Below are positions 10,987 through 23,699 of a stretch of 49,035 bases of DNA, piece by piece. Source of the DNA: Octopus bimaculoides (taxonomy: Eukaryota); NCBI RefSeq assembly GCF_001194135.2, contig NC_069009.1:9551509-9600543 (forward strand). Direction: 5' to 3'. The position numbers and the translations under genes were made by a program. Each line of letters begins with the position of its first letter. Positions within the stretch are counted from its first letter, which is position 1. Below the pieces are notes generated by a model. It ran no database searches. It was given only the letters and a program-made list of their open reading frames with translations, and was not told the origin of the DNA.

Positions 10987-12024
10987 ATGAGAAAAGAGAT
11001 GACCTCATATGATTGTGATATCTGTAGAAAGTCCTTCTCTCGAAAAAGTAACCTAATTATGCACAAACATATTCATACAGGAGAGAAACCATATTGTTGT
11101 GATATCTGTGGTAAACCATTCTCTCGAAATAGTAGCTTATCTAGACACAAATACATTCATACGGGAGAGAAACCATATCATTGTGATACCTGTGGTAAAT
11201 CATTCTCTAGCAGTAGTCACTTATCAAGACACAAATATATTCATACTGGAGAGAAGCCATATCACTGTGATATCTGTGGTAAATCATTCTCTGATAATGG
11301 TACCTTAAGAAAACACATACGAATTCATACAGGAGAGAAGCCCTACCACTGTGATATCTGTGGTAAATCATTCTCTCAAATTAGTCCGTTAACTGCACAC
11401 AAACGTATTCATACAGGAGAGAAACTTTTTCATTGTGACATCTGTGGTAAATCATTCTCTAGAAGTGGTCACTTATCTACACATAAATATATTCATACAG
11501 GAGAGACACCCCATCATTGCGATATTTGTGGTAAATCATTCTCTCAAAATGGTGACTTAACAAGACACATACGTATCCATACAGGAGAGAAACCGTATCA
11601 TTGTGATGTCTGTGGTAAATCATTCTCTCAAAATAGTGAGTTAACAAGACACAAACATATTCATACAGGAGAGAAGCCATATCGTTGTAATATCTGTGGT
11701 AAATCATTTTCTGAAAATAGTGCTGTTACAAAACATGTACGTACTCATACAGGAGAGAAACCATATCACTGTGATATCTGTGGTAAATCATTTTCTCGAA
11801 GTAGTAACTTAACAAAACACGTACGTATTCATACAGGAGAGAAGCCATATCACTGTGATATCTGTGGTAAATCATTCTCTCAAAATAATGACTTACATAC
11901 ACACAAACGTATTCATACAGGTGTGAGCCCATATCATTGCGACATCTGTGACAAATCATTCTCTCAAAATAGTCACTTAACAAGACACAAACATATTCAT
12001 ACAGGGGTGAAAGGAAAAGGGTAG
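10987..12024 (+). CDS. C2H2 zinc-finger protein A, 345 aa, 12 tandem fingers, no KRAB/SCAN/BTB domain visible
   Basis: Intact ORF with 12 CxxC-x12-HxxxH units and TGEKP linkers. It lies in a terminal exon with a candidate acceptor tttcag| at 10596/10597 that is conserved in the paralogue. Confidence 0.95.
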   Translation: MRKEMTSYDCDICRKSFSRKSNLIMHKHIHTGEKPYCCDICGKPFSRNSSLSRHKYIHTGEKPYHCDTCGKSFSSSSHLSRHKYIHTGEKPYHCDICGKSFSDNGTLRKHIRIHTGEKPYHCDICGKSFSQISPLTAHKRIHTGEKLFHCDICGKSFSRSGHLSTHKYIHTGETPHHCDICGKSFSQNGDLTRHIRIHTGEKPYHCDVCGKSFSQNSELTRHKHIHTGEKPYRCNICGKSFSENSAVTKHVRTHTGEKPYHCDICGKSFSRSSNLTKHVRIHTGEKPYHCDICGKSFSQNNDLHTHKRIHTGVSPYHCDICDKSFSQNSHLTRHKHIHTGVKGKG

Positions 12025-12120
12025 TTTCTATAGTTCCTTGTTTCGTATATTTGATATTTCTATAGTTCCTTGTTCCGTATATTTGATATTTCTATAGTTC
12101 CTTGTTTCGTATATTTAATA
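12025..12120. repeat. 32-bp tandem triplication directly after the ZNF-A stop codon
   Basis: TTTCTATAGTTCCTTGTTTCGTATATTTGATA starts at 12025, 12057 and 12089. Confidence 0.9.
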
Positions 12121-12689
12121 TTCTTGTGTTTTTTGCAATGAAAATCATGACTAAATTCTTTCTCAAAATTTTAGTTGTTTCTGTTTTGTTTTTGCAATAT
12201 TCACCTCCCATTCCTTTCTTGTCTACTCATGCAGTTTCCTTTTCATGATGTAAGGACCTCTTATAGCAAATCTCCTCCTCATAACCCTATACATTATTCT
12301 TTCTTGAATATCGCATCCTGTAATTACAGTATATTGATTGTTTGTTGTCTTTTAATTGCTTCACTCATTAAATATGCCAGCCAGGTGAAAGGTGACATAA
12401 TGGTTGATTAGAGAAGTTTCCAGAGCTAAAAAAAAGCAGAAGAGACCAGAAAGGAAGAATATGAGGCATAAGTATAGTTTAGTGCCCCACCCCAGACTGA
12501 TTCCTTGTGAGTGTCTCAATAATGGTTTCCTCCAATTAAACTTTTCTGAGATTAGATTTCAGAGGTCCAGATTAAGATCATTTTCATAGAACTGAGAATA
12601 AGCTTATTGGAGGAGATCCTTACTCTCAACCTCACCCTGTTTTTGTCACCCCTAACTTCAGAACTCAGGGTAACCTACCAGACTCTTGA

Positions 12690-13400
12690 TCAGCTATGAA
12701 TCTGGTGACACACAAGTCAGATTGGCTACATCCTCACTAGAAAGCAAGATAGGCAGATAATTGTGAATGCACAGTTCTTCCCTGATAAAGAATGGACTTA
12801 ACAACATAGGTTGGCAGTTAGTGATTTGAGACTTAGGGCTTGAAGGTCTGAGAGATTTCCTAGAATCTTAGGGATCGTTAAAACAGTTGGAGATGTGATG
12901 TACTAATTAAGGCCTTGGATGAAAAGGAGGAGATAAAGGACAACTGGAAGTTCCTATGAGGCATCTCATGTAGAGATACAGGACAAATCTGTGACTGATG
13001 CAAAATGCGGGGCAGGTGAAGGGTGATGTAATGGTTGAACAAGGAAGTATACAGAACTATAAAAGCAGAGACATCTTGAAGGGTTTGAATGAACGGGGAC
13101 AGCTTGGAGCATGAAGAAATGCTAGGAGACAGGTGTATAGCAAGGAAGAAAAACNNNNNNNNNNNNNNNNNNNNNNNNNNNNNNNNNNNNNNNNNNNNNN
13201 NNNNNNNNNNNNNNNNNNNNNNNNNNNNNNNNNNNNNNNNNNNNNNNNNNNNNNNNNNNNNNNNNNNNNNNNNNNNNNNNNNNNNNNNNNNNNNNNNNNN
13301 NNNNNNNNNNNNNNNATGATTGAAAATAAAGAGGCATGGAAGGGCAAATAAGAAAGGAAACTAAATATGGAGAACGAATATGAGAAAGTCTTTGTAATGT
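12690..13400 (+). mobile_element. Degenerate RTE fragment (APE end and linker)
   Basis: GYILTRKQDRQIIVNAQFFPDKEWT*QHRLAVSDLRL is homologous to 4670-4790. Confidence 0.6.
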
Positions 13401-13730
13401 GAACATATGAGATGGTCCTATATTCAGATGGCTTCCAGTCTTTCATGTTAGATTAATTTTATTCAACTCTCTCATACGATTGACTGTTCACCAATATTTA
13501 AAGTTTTTCCTGAATGAAGGAGACATAAAAAAATATCTTGAAATGTTACCTGAACACCCTGTGTACCAATGTTTATATTCACAAAGTTGCAGACACTGAT
13601 CTTGTGATGTGTAAAATGTTTGCTGCTTAAAGGCATCATATAATTTTATCTCTTATACGAAGTATTTCTGGCCCTAATATTCATATGTTCCTTTATCTTT
13701 CAGTATATTGCTATCGATATTACACACATT

Positions 13731-14230
13731 TCATCATCATTTAACGTCTCTGTTCCATGCTGGCATGGGTCGGACGGTTTGACAAGCGTCAAATGAGTCA
13801 AGGACTGCATTGGTTTCCAGTGTCTGCTTTGACATGGTTTCTATGGCTGGATGTATTTCCTAATGCTAACATCTTTTCACACTGTACTGTGTCCTTTCTC
13901 ATGTCACTGGCACTACTGAGAGTAGTTCACAAATGAAGAAACCCAGGGAGGGAAGATGTTGCTCCTCTAAGGTAGGTAGGGGTAAGTCTGTCAGGGAAGT
14001 AGGTCAGGTTGTTGTGGAGGAGCTACATGGCGAGTCACATTTAGGAGAAAATGTGAGACTGAACTAGAATTATTTTGAAGGATCTTATGCATCAAGGTGG
14101 CACTTGAGGCTGCTGTAACTGGCAGGAGGAGTCATGGTCTTATAGTGTCTGTGGAAGGGAAGTTGGCAACATCTGTAACAATTGAGGGAGAGGGGAACTA
14201 GAAATGAGGTGACAATTTTGGCAGTTGAGA
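13731..14230 (-). mobile_element. RTE 3'UTR/tail element
   Basis: catcatcatttaacgtc..ccatgctggcatgggtcggacggtttgac; resembles 34010-34600. Confidence 0.7.
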
Positions 14231-15404
14231 GCACACACACATAGCTCACCCTACATCATTAATTGGTTCCAGGAAATATGACTTCAATAATACATGGTTA
14301 ATAAAAACCTATTTTAAGCTTGCAAACAACTAAATTTTATTTTTCTATACAGTACAGTATGTGCTAAAATCTTATTCTTATGTACGGTCATCGATACAGT
14401 TGTCTGACTCATCCCAAAAGATTGTGCAGTTGCTACCACTTTTTCACCTTTTTATGGCATTTTATCATCGCCAGTTTATCTTCCAGCACTTAACCAGTTT
14501 CACTATGAATTTTCGTAGGAGCCAGGGAGGGGGGGGGGGCAAAAAAATAAAGTCACAAATGAATGAGAAAGTAGCCAATAACCAGATGTAAACAAAACTG
14601 AATTCAAAACAATCGCAGGAATCACGAGTGACAAAGACGCATAATGGTAGATATTGGAACTACAGTGTAATATGAGCTCTGAAAGACTGATATATAAGAC
14701 AACACAACTGATTTTAAGATTTCATTCACTAAGCTACACTACTTTATGGTGTGTATCTGTGCATATTTTAATATGATTTTATATGCTTTTATTCTTGTTT
14801 ATTTTACTGTTATATAATTTGATGTGCTTTTAACAGTTTTCTAATTATATTATGATTCCAGTATTTGTGGTGGACAGACATCAAGTCGAGCAAAATGACT
14901 TCACTTGATTTTTATTTTTCCACATTATTTTTGAAAACCGAGGTTTGCCTGTATATATGTGTGTGTTTATAGACCTTAAAGGAATTCCATAAAACCCTTT
15001 CTATTTAGGGAATAAACTTTGGATTACTTCGGAAGATGCGCATTTAACTTCAATTTATTTAACCTTATAGTGTTGATATCATAGGTGTTATAAAGAATGG
15101 GCAAGCATCTATATATGGGCATCTATATATGGGCAAGCATCTATATATGCCACACAAAATAAATTCAAACTCTGAAAGAAATTATTTGTATCATAAATAT
15201 CACGGAGGTAAGTTATCTGAAGGTGGTGCTCCAGCATGGCTGCAGTCAAATGACTGACACATATAAAAGAATAAAGATGGAGTGATGTAAAATATAGGGC
15301 TGGGAAACTTAACTATTGTATTTGTTTTCATGTATGAATAAATCTCGATTCAATAACTGGTGATTTCCTATTAGATATAGAAGGAATATCGACAGTAAAC
15401 CATG

Positions 15405-15805
15405 TGATTCTCTGCTATAAAAGGCAGGGAAGAGGGGGGCGTCGAGAAAATTTAAGAAACTGTAAACAACTCTTTAAAAATTGGAGCCACAACGACTGGA
15501 TTCATTATTCTGGTCGTTGAAGGGAGATAATTAGTGTTTGCCGTCTGAAATACTTGATAGGGAGATACGCATGCGCATTGAAACGTGAATCCTAATTGAT
15601 GCTGACTTCCGGTTCAATGTCCTTTGAATGGATTTCTTTTAATCAGCTGATAATAATAAATCCCTTTAGAATTCTTAAAATACGTTTCTCAATTGCCATA
15701 TACCCACATATATAAACAACACGATCCTTTATGAGACATTTGCGTAAGTATTAATGAAAATATTCTGTTTTTAATTCTGGAGACTTTCGCTTTTTGGCGC
15801 CTTAA
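15405..15805 (+). promoter_or_regulatory. Putative promoter, non-coding exon 1 and donor of ZNF gene B
   Basis: TATAAAAG 15416-15423; CGCATGCGCA 15568-15577; ACTTCCGG 15605-15612; donor at 15743/15744; TTTGGCGC 15793-15800. Confidence 0.65.
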
Positions 15806-15829
15806 TTCTTTGTGTCTATGGACATGAGA

Positions 15830-16275
15830 TGTCTGAATTATGCGGGATTTGGCTGCTATTTCTATTTATGGGAGAGAGATATCTATGATTTATACGGGAT
15901 TTGGCTGCTATTTCTATTTATGAATGAGTGATGTCCTTGATTTGTGCGGGATTTGGCTGCTATTTCTATTTATGGGAGAGAGATGTCTATGATTTATACG
16001 GGATTTGGCTGCTATTTTTATTTATGAATGAGTGATGTCCTTGATTTGTGCGGGATTTGGCTGCTATTTCTATTTATGGGAGAGAGATATCTATGATTTA
16101 TACGGGATTTGGCTGCTATTTCTATTTATGAATGAGAAATATTCTTGATTTGTGCGGGATTTGGCTGCTATTTCTGGCTATGGAAGAGAGATGTCTATGA
16201 ATTGTGTGGTATTTGGCTGCTATTTCTAGGTATGGAAGAGAGATGTCTATGAATTGTGTGGGTTTGGTGTCTGTT
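15830..16275. repeat. 52-bp minisatellite, about 8 units with an alternating dimer
   Basis: Unit starts at 15844, 15896, 15948, 16000, 16052, 16104, 16156, 16208 and 16260. GGGAGAGAG and GAATGAGTG variants alternate. Confidence 0.95.
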
Positions 16276-16631
16276 TCTATCTGTAGAAGCTTCCTTCTAC
16301 ACTGCCCATCGTTGCCAAGTTTGGAAAAGGAAAAATTACGTTTCATTTTGTACTAAAAAGACAAAGTAGAGAAAAGAATTGCAAAATCATGTCTAGATGT
16401 GTATCCCCACCCCGAATTTGTTGTCTCATAACTTCCAGAAAATAGATACTTTTTACTAAAACTTTCAACAAATAATCTCTTAGATCCTGTAGATTGAGTC
16501 TACCTAAAGATTCGTTGGAAAAAATTCTTCCGGAGGAATTGGCAGAGGAGTTTTGGTAAATTCACACGACCCGACATCTGCCCCTTTATAACTTTCAGGA
16601 GAATACCTTCAAACAGTGTAGATTATGATTA

Positions 16632-16869
16632 TTGGGTTGGTGCGTAATTATTGCGACTTTTTTTTCAACAAATTTTATTTAACAAAAGCATCTTTAAATG
16701 ATGGTCTGACCGTCTGCCAAGCAAATGGGAAGCAGTAATTGAAGTGGATGGTGAATATGCTCCAGAATAATCATTTAAAGATGTTTTTGTTACATGTTGT
16801 TGTTGTTGTTTTTGTTGAATAAAATTTTTGAAGAAAAAAAAAGCTTCAATAATTATGTAACCAACCCAA
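16632..16869 (+). mobile_element. Mariner-derived MITE
   Basis: TA flanks and long imperfect TIRs (TTGGGTTGG...AATTATTG...). The interior retains RLPSKWEAVIEVDGEYAPE*, a mariner transposase C-terminus. Confidence 0.8.
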
Positions 16870-17159
16870 TACAAAGAAATTTGTAAGAAAAACTTTTGTA
16901 AATTCACATGCTTTTTTTCACTGTCACCACCCCATTCGGAACCGATTTTGGCCAATTTGTTTTTTTTTTTTTTTTTTGTGTGTGTCTTTTTTTCCCGACA
17001 CTCTTAAAACCAATGAGAGAACAATTTTCAATTTAAAAATTGTTTAAAAATCAATAATTTCTGAAGAAAATGTGTAATTTAAGGGAGAATTGGCTGTTGT
17101 TTCTAGCACATCCCAAGACCTCCCTACACATTTGGATTTGGTTATTCAACCATTCATCG

Positions 17160-17335
17160 ACACATGAGAGAACAGTACTGGAGGAGTATTTTTTCATCAC
17201 AGACAAGAGTGCTCTGCAAGTCTGCCAGAGATGGAAGAGCATTGTAGAAAATGAAGGAGAGAATATTTTAGATGAAATAAGAACTTTGTTTTAATTTTGA
17301 AAAATAAAAGAGGCATTATTTATGAGACATAGGTA
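17160..17335 (+). mobile_element. Possible mariner 3' fragment
   Basis: LEEYFF...VCQRWKSIVENEGENILD resembles a mariner C-terminus. Confidence 0.35.
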
Positions 17336-17869
17336 GAATCAGATCTGCGCATACAGCACACAGATTCACACCCATACACATACACAAATATAAGTATAAA
17401 TACATAAGCATATACACACATGAATATGTAGATGCTTGTGTGTGTATGTACACTGTATGGATATGTGTATGTACACTGTATGGATATGTGTGGACATAGC
17501 CTCTGTATCTTACACTGTTGTTTCCATATAATTTCAGAACATCAGATGCCATTGATTTAACAGAAGAAACGTCCTCAATATTTACCATTTTTTAAAGACT
17601 AAAGGAGAATATTATACAAAACAGAAGTAGGACATTGTTTCTGCAATTCTGTCGTAGAATTCCTGTGAAACATTTGCTCTGAAATAATACTATTAGCCAA
17701 GTTTCTGAACAACTCTGACTGGAGTGTCAAGAAGAGGAGCTTCTGTGCTGATGAAACTTGGATAAATTTATGTAATTGCTGCTAGAAAAAGGCAACACTG
17801 GATTGAAATACAACAGCAGAAGTATTTGTAAGGAATTAAGTATAAGAATAAAACAAGAAAAAATTTTAA

Positions 17870-19054
<1,185 letters not shown>

Positions 19055-20689
19055 AGATTTTTTGTTTTGTTGTTTCAATATTCACCTCCCACTCATATTT
19101 ATTTCCCATAATGTAAGGACCTCTATACCAAATCCACTTCTCCTGATAACCCTACACATTATTCTTTCTTGAATATCGCATCCTGTAATTACAGCATATT
19201 TCCTGTTTATTGTATTTTAAATGGTTCACTCATTAATTATGTTACACAATAACATAAATTATTAATTTTTTATGCTCAGGAATATTGTAAAGTTGTCAAA
19301 TATATACAGAAAAAATGACCCCCAAATACAAAAGAGAAGAAAGCACAAAAGAAGAACGTGTGACATAAGTGTAGTTTAGTGCCCCACATCAGGCTGATTC
19401 CTTGTTAGTTTCTGAATAATGTTTTCTTTAAATTAAACTTTGCAGAGATAGGTTTTGAATTATCCAAATTATGATGATTTTCATTAAACTGAGAAGCGTT
19501 TGGGAGATTTCTCACTATCCTTTGTCAACTCTGTTCCACTTTGATAAACTTATCCACTTCTTCTACATGTGAGGTTAAATTCAGTTCAGCCTAGATAACC
19601 TATAAAATATCTTTTGTTACTCTGACCTAGCTTAGCTAAGAAATTTTTATAAGAACGGAACAGTAAANNNNNNNNNNNNNNNNNNNNNNNNNNNNNNNNN
19701 NNNNNNNNNNNNNNNNNNNNNNNNNNNNNNNNNNNNNNNNNNNNNNNNNNNNNNNNNNNNNNNNNNNNNNNNNNNNNNNNNNNNNNNNNNNNNNNNNNNN
19801 NNNNNNNNNNNNNNNNNNNNNNNNNNNNNNNNNNNNNNNNNNNNNNNNNNNNNNNNNNNNNNNNNNNNNNNNNNNNNNNNNNNNNNNNNNNNNNNNNNNN
19901 NNNNNNNNNNNNNNNNNNNNNNNATGATGGACAACTACACCCAGTCTTTCTGTATTAACAACTCGAAATAATTCTTTAGCTGATAATTCTAAACAAAAGC
20001 CAGTTCACCTGTGATCTATTTCTTGTGTCATTTATTCTATGTCTGATTAATTTAACAACATGTGGCTTTATACATGTAGGGTGTTTGGCTTAAATTTGAC
20101 AGTTTGCATAAATATAACACAAACCACAGTATCCCATCCAAAAATAAAAGTATACTAAAAGACCCCAAAATATCAACTAGATTGTGGCTGGGAGGCAGCA
20201 GTTTACTCAAAGTAGCCACCCTCAGCTTCCACCACGGTCATAAGACAGCTCCAGAAGATTTTTTCTGAAAGATGTCATAAAATATTGTGAAACTAAGCCT
20301 GAACACACTCTGGACCAATGTTTGTCTTTACAAAATTTCAGACCCTGAACTTGTGATGTGTAAATTGTTTGTTCCTTAAAGGCATCATATCAATGTGCCT
20401 TTTATATGAATCATATCAAACAACCCCGAAAAACTCTGAATTTGTGTTGCTTTTCCAGAAAAATGAATTTCACTTTACAAATCTGCATCCTGAACAANNN
20501 NNNNNNNNNNNNNNNNNNNNNNNNNNNNNNNNNNNNNNNNNNNNNNNNNNNNNNNNNNNNNNNNNNNNNNNNNNNNNNNNNNNNNNNNNNNNNNNNNTAT
20601 TATTATTATTATTATTATTATTATTAAGGCAGTGAGCTGGCAGAACGATTAGCATGTTGAATTCCTTGGCAGAATTTCTACTCAGAACA

Positions 20690-20940
20690 CGAAGTAGACA
20701 TTATACAAGACAATGACCGTGTGTGGTGTGGGCTGGAAGCGACCTTGTGGAAGGCCCCACACCAAATGGCTGGACATTATTAAGGAAGATCTTCAGAGGC
20801 TCAACATCATTTTGGAGGATGTAGAGAGGTTTGCACAGGATCACCAGTGATGGAGAGCACTGGTAGACCTGGTCGGCTCTATGCACGATGTCACCACTTG
20901 GGATGACCCCAGCCCCATCAAGCAACAGCACGGGTTACTG
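20690..20940 (+). mobile_element. RTE-type LINE C-terminal fragment (second family)
   Basis: GWKRPCGRPHTKWLDIIKEDLQRL...AQDHQ*WRALV. Confidence 0.7.
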
Positions 20941-21163
20941 CTGCTGTGTGTTTGCATTTGCATGCGTGTGTGCAAACTGCTCCAAACACACATTTAATAA
21001 CAAAAACAAGAAAAAGCAACAAATAACCAATTCAAATCTTTATCTTACCAGCTACTAGCCCCTACCCTTATATAATGCAGCTGCTGTGTGCTTGTATGCC
21101 ACACACACACACAAAGGCAACAAACAAACAATTCAGAGCTAACAAATCACATTTTCACTTTAT

Positions 21164-21307
21164 TCATTTCTTCACTTTATTCTTCTTCTTCGTTTCTTTC
21201 ATTTGTTTCCTCTTCTGTTTCAGTTTCAGCTTTTTGTGTTTCAATCTGGATTCCCAGTCCTTTCTATGTTTCATGTAAAGTTTCATTGCAACCTGTGCAT
21301 CAATCAC
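21164..21307 (-). CDS. REXO4: REXO4-like exonuclease, last coding exon
   Basis: Acceptor ttgcag|, then VIDAQVAMKLYMKHRKDWE...KVKK* (TGA 21166-21164). It completes the ExoIII motif H-x4-D and ends in a basic tail. Confidence 0.85.
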   Translation of the reverse strand: MIDAQVAMKLYMKHRKDWESRLKHKKLKLKQKRKQMKETKKKNKVKK

Positions 21308-21399
21308 CTGCAAATGAGAGGAGAAACATATGCAAAAATATATCAGCTGGTTGATGTAGTGGTCATGTTTGGAACACCACTAATCATAAGAAGGTGGTT

Positions 21400-21845
21400 G
21401 GTTGTTGTCTTATCCAGGCACAGAACTGAGACTAAACAACAACTATAACCACTTATACAAACTACTATACTATACATTAGATAGTGTAGTCCTAGATACA
21501 CTATGCTTGAATAAAAGATGGGATGGTCACACATGGAACATCTTCGATCATAGGCTTGCTGGATCAGAGATTAACCTGGGGGGGGGGGAACAACATTAGG
21601 TAACGCAATCCTAGATAGACGATGTCAGAATAAAAGATGGGATGGTCACAGCTGGACTATCTCTGCTCACAGGTCAACCTTATGATCAGAGCTCACCTGG
21701 ACTAAACTACAACTATAGTCACTAATATAATGTAGTCCTAGACACACTGTCAGAATAAAAGATGGGATGGTCACAGTGTCTGATCGTAAGTATGCTGGAG
21801 TGAGACTAGACATTAAATAATGGAGTCCTAGATAGACAATGTTCC
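21400..21845 (+). repeat. Tandem array of ~120-bp retroposon-tail-like units (3-4 copies)
   Basis: TCCTAGA...GAATAAAAGATGGGATGGTCACA recurs near 21490, 21609 and 21736. Units end in CAA-rich tails. Confidence 0.7.
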
Positions 21846-21914
21846 AATTGATCCAATCAACAGAACAGCCTGCTCGTGAAATTAACGTACAAGTGTCTGA
21901 GCACTCCACAGACA

Positions 21915-22112
21915 TGCATGTCCTTAATGTAGTTCTCAAGGAAATTCAGCATGACACAGGATGTGACAAAACTGAACAAGATTTGCCAGCTGAGTTGACA
22001 AGAGCAACAGGAAAAATAAAGTGTCTTGCTCAAGAACACAACATAAAGCTGGGAATTAAACTCACAACCTTATGATCATGGGCTGAACACCCTAACCACT
22101 AAGCCACGTGAC
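21915..22112 (-). mobile_element. tRNA-head SINE, family C
   Basis: Minus strand: A box TGGCTTAGTGG, B-box-like GAGTTTAATTCC, core gtgttcttgagcaagacacttta. Confidence 0.7.
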
Positions 22113-22201
22113 TTTACACTACCTGGAGTGAAGCAACAAAAACTCTTTTGGCCTCTTTCTTTCTCTCACTCATAAACAGAATTGTTTCTTAAAATCCTTA
22201 C

Positions 22202-22351
22202 AGAATTATGAGATCCCTGCTGGATTGTGATTCCAAGAACCTCCCTTGCCAACATTTTCAGGGATGGAGTGTGACTGCGATTGAGTTTGCGGAAAGGTTT
22301 GTATTTAGCTGTATCTCGAATCAACTGCTTTGGGTGATCCATGTACAACAC
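22202..22351 (-). CDS. REXO4: REXO4-like exon (150 nt)
   Basis: ccag|VLYMDHPKQLIRDTAKYKPF...PSLKMLAREVLGITIQQGSHNS|gtaagg; phase 0/0. Confidence 0.9.
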
Positions 22352-22644
22352 CTGGAATAAACATGAGAAAAAGAAGACTATGAATGCAGGACAGGACAGA
22401 TCTTGTTGAGCAATTAGACACTAATTAGCTTGAGATACTGATTGCAACAAACACTTACCTGTATCACCCAAATTACCCATAGTAGTAGTAAGAGATAGAT
22501 TACAGCTTTAGTATTCAGATTACTGTCAAATGTAATGTTTATTTATTCATATTGTTTGCAATTAATCATGCATTATCTTCTACCTTTGAGACTTCAATGA
22601 TGGTCTGAAAGGCTGGATCTGGCCAATTTGAATCATCATCATTG

Positions 22645-23005
22645 TTGTCATTTAACGTCCGCTTTCCATGCTAGCATGGGTTGGACGGTTTGACTGAGGG
22701 CTGGCAAGCCAGAACGCTGCACCAGGCTCCAATCCAATCTGGCAAAGTTACTACAGCTGGATGTCTTTCCTAACGCCAACCACTCCGAGAGTGTAGTGGG
22801 TGCTTTTACGTGCCACCAGCAAGAGGGCTAGTCAGGTGGTACTGGTCTCGACCACACTTGAATAGTGCTTTTTAAGTGCCAACAGCATGGGAGCCAGTCA
22901 GCCAGCACTGGCATCGACCACACTCAAATGGTGCTTTTTACATGCCACCAGCACGGGGAGCCAGTCAGGCGGCACTGGCAACGATAACACTCAAATGGTG
23001 CTAAA
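22645..23005 (-). mobile_element. RTE 3'UTR-only copy with 3 internal repeat units
   Basis: Matches 1-400 and 8408-8660. Confidence 0.85.
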
Positions 23006-23319
23006 TCATTAATCACCAGTGGAGTCACAAGTGTAAAGCATAATGTTTTTAAGCCATATCCAGCTAAAATATTCTGCCTATTTTACATCCAAACTGCTCA
23101 GATCCAACTTCTCACACTTACCCTACAATGTCATTCTAAAAATAAATAATTACATCATCAAAATCTTGAAGCTACAAGTTAATACAAGGTTAATGGTCAG
23201 TAATGGTCTTTGTCACAAGTGGACAGCCATCATAAATATATGCATGTATGTATGTGACTGTTTCTCTCCCACCATTGCTTGACAACCAGTGTTGGTTTGT
23301 TTACATTCCCATAACAGGC

Positions 23320-23680
23320 ATAGCTGTATAGTAGGAAGCTTCTCAACCACATGGTTCTAGGTTCAATCCCACTGCATGGCACCTCAGGCAAGTATCTGTG
23401 AATGGATTTGGTAGACAGAAACTGAAAGAAACCTGTTGTGTGTGTGTGTGTGTGTGTATAACTATGTGTATTAGTCTTTGTTTGTCCTCCACCACCACCT
23501 GACCACCAGTGTTTGTGAGTTTATGTCCCCTTAACTTAGGACTTCAGCAAAAGTGGCTGACAGAATAAGTGCCAGGCCTAAAAGAAGTACTGAGGTCAAT
23601 TTGTTCACCTAAAAAATTCTTCAAGGCAGTGCTCCAGTATGGCTGTAGTCCAATGACTGAAACATGCAAGAGAGAAAAGA
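23320..23680 (+). mobile_element. SINE family A, near full length
   Basis: B box GGTTCAATCCC, core, (TG)n, and tail gtgctccagtatggctgtagtccaatgactgaaac. Confidence 0.85.
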
Positions 23681-23699
23681 TATCTATCTCATATATATA

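Noticed and set aside
11099-11983. Alternative-frame and antisense ORFs over ZNF-A (and 18105-19109 over ZNF-B)
   Set aside because: They are shadows of the periodic finger codons (MIYHRY..., LLYEYV...), with no independent evidence.
15830-16275. Regularly spaced repeats as a CRISPR array
   Set aside because: The 'spacers' are homologous to each other, the context is eukaryotic and there are no cas genes. It is a minisatellite.
20475-20497. Minus-strand VQDADL* as the last REXO4 exon
   Set aside because: It stops after 6 codons, no acceptor is visible, and a far better exon exists at 21164-21307.
21915-22112. tRNA genes at SINE heads (families A, B, C)
   Set aside because: A and B boxes run into SINE cores and no cloverleaf is evident.
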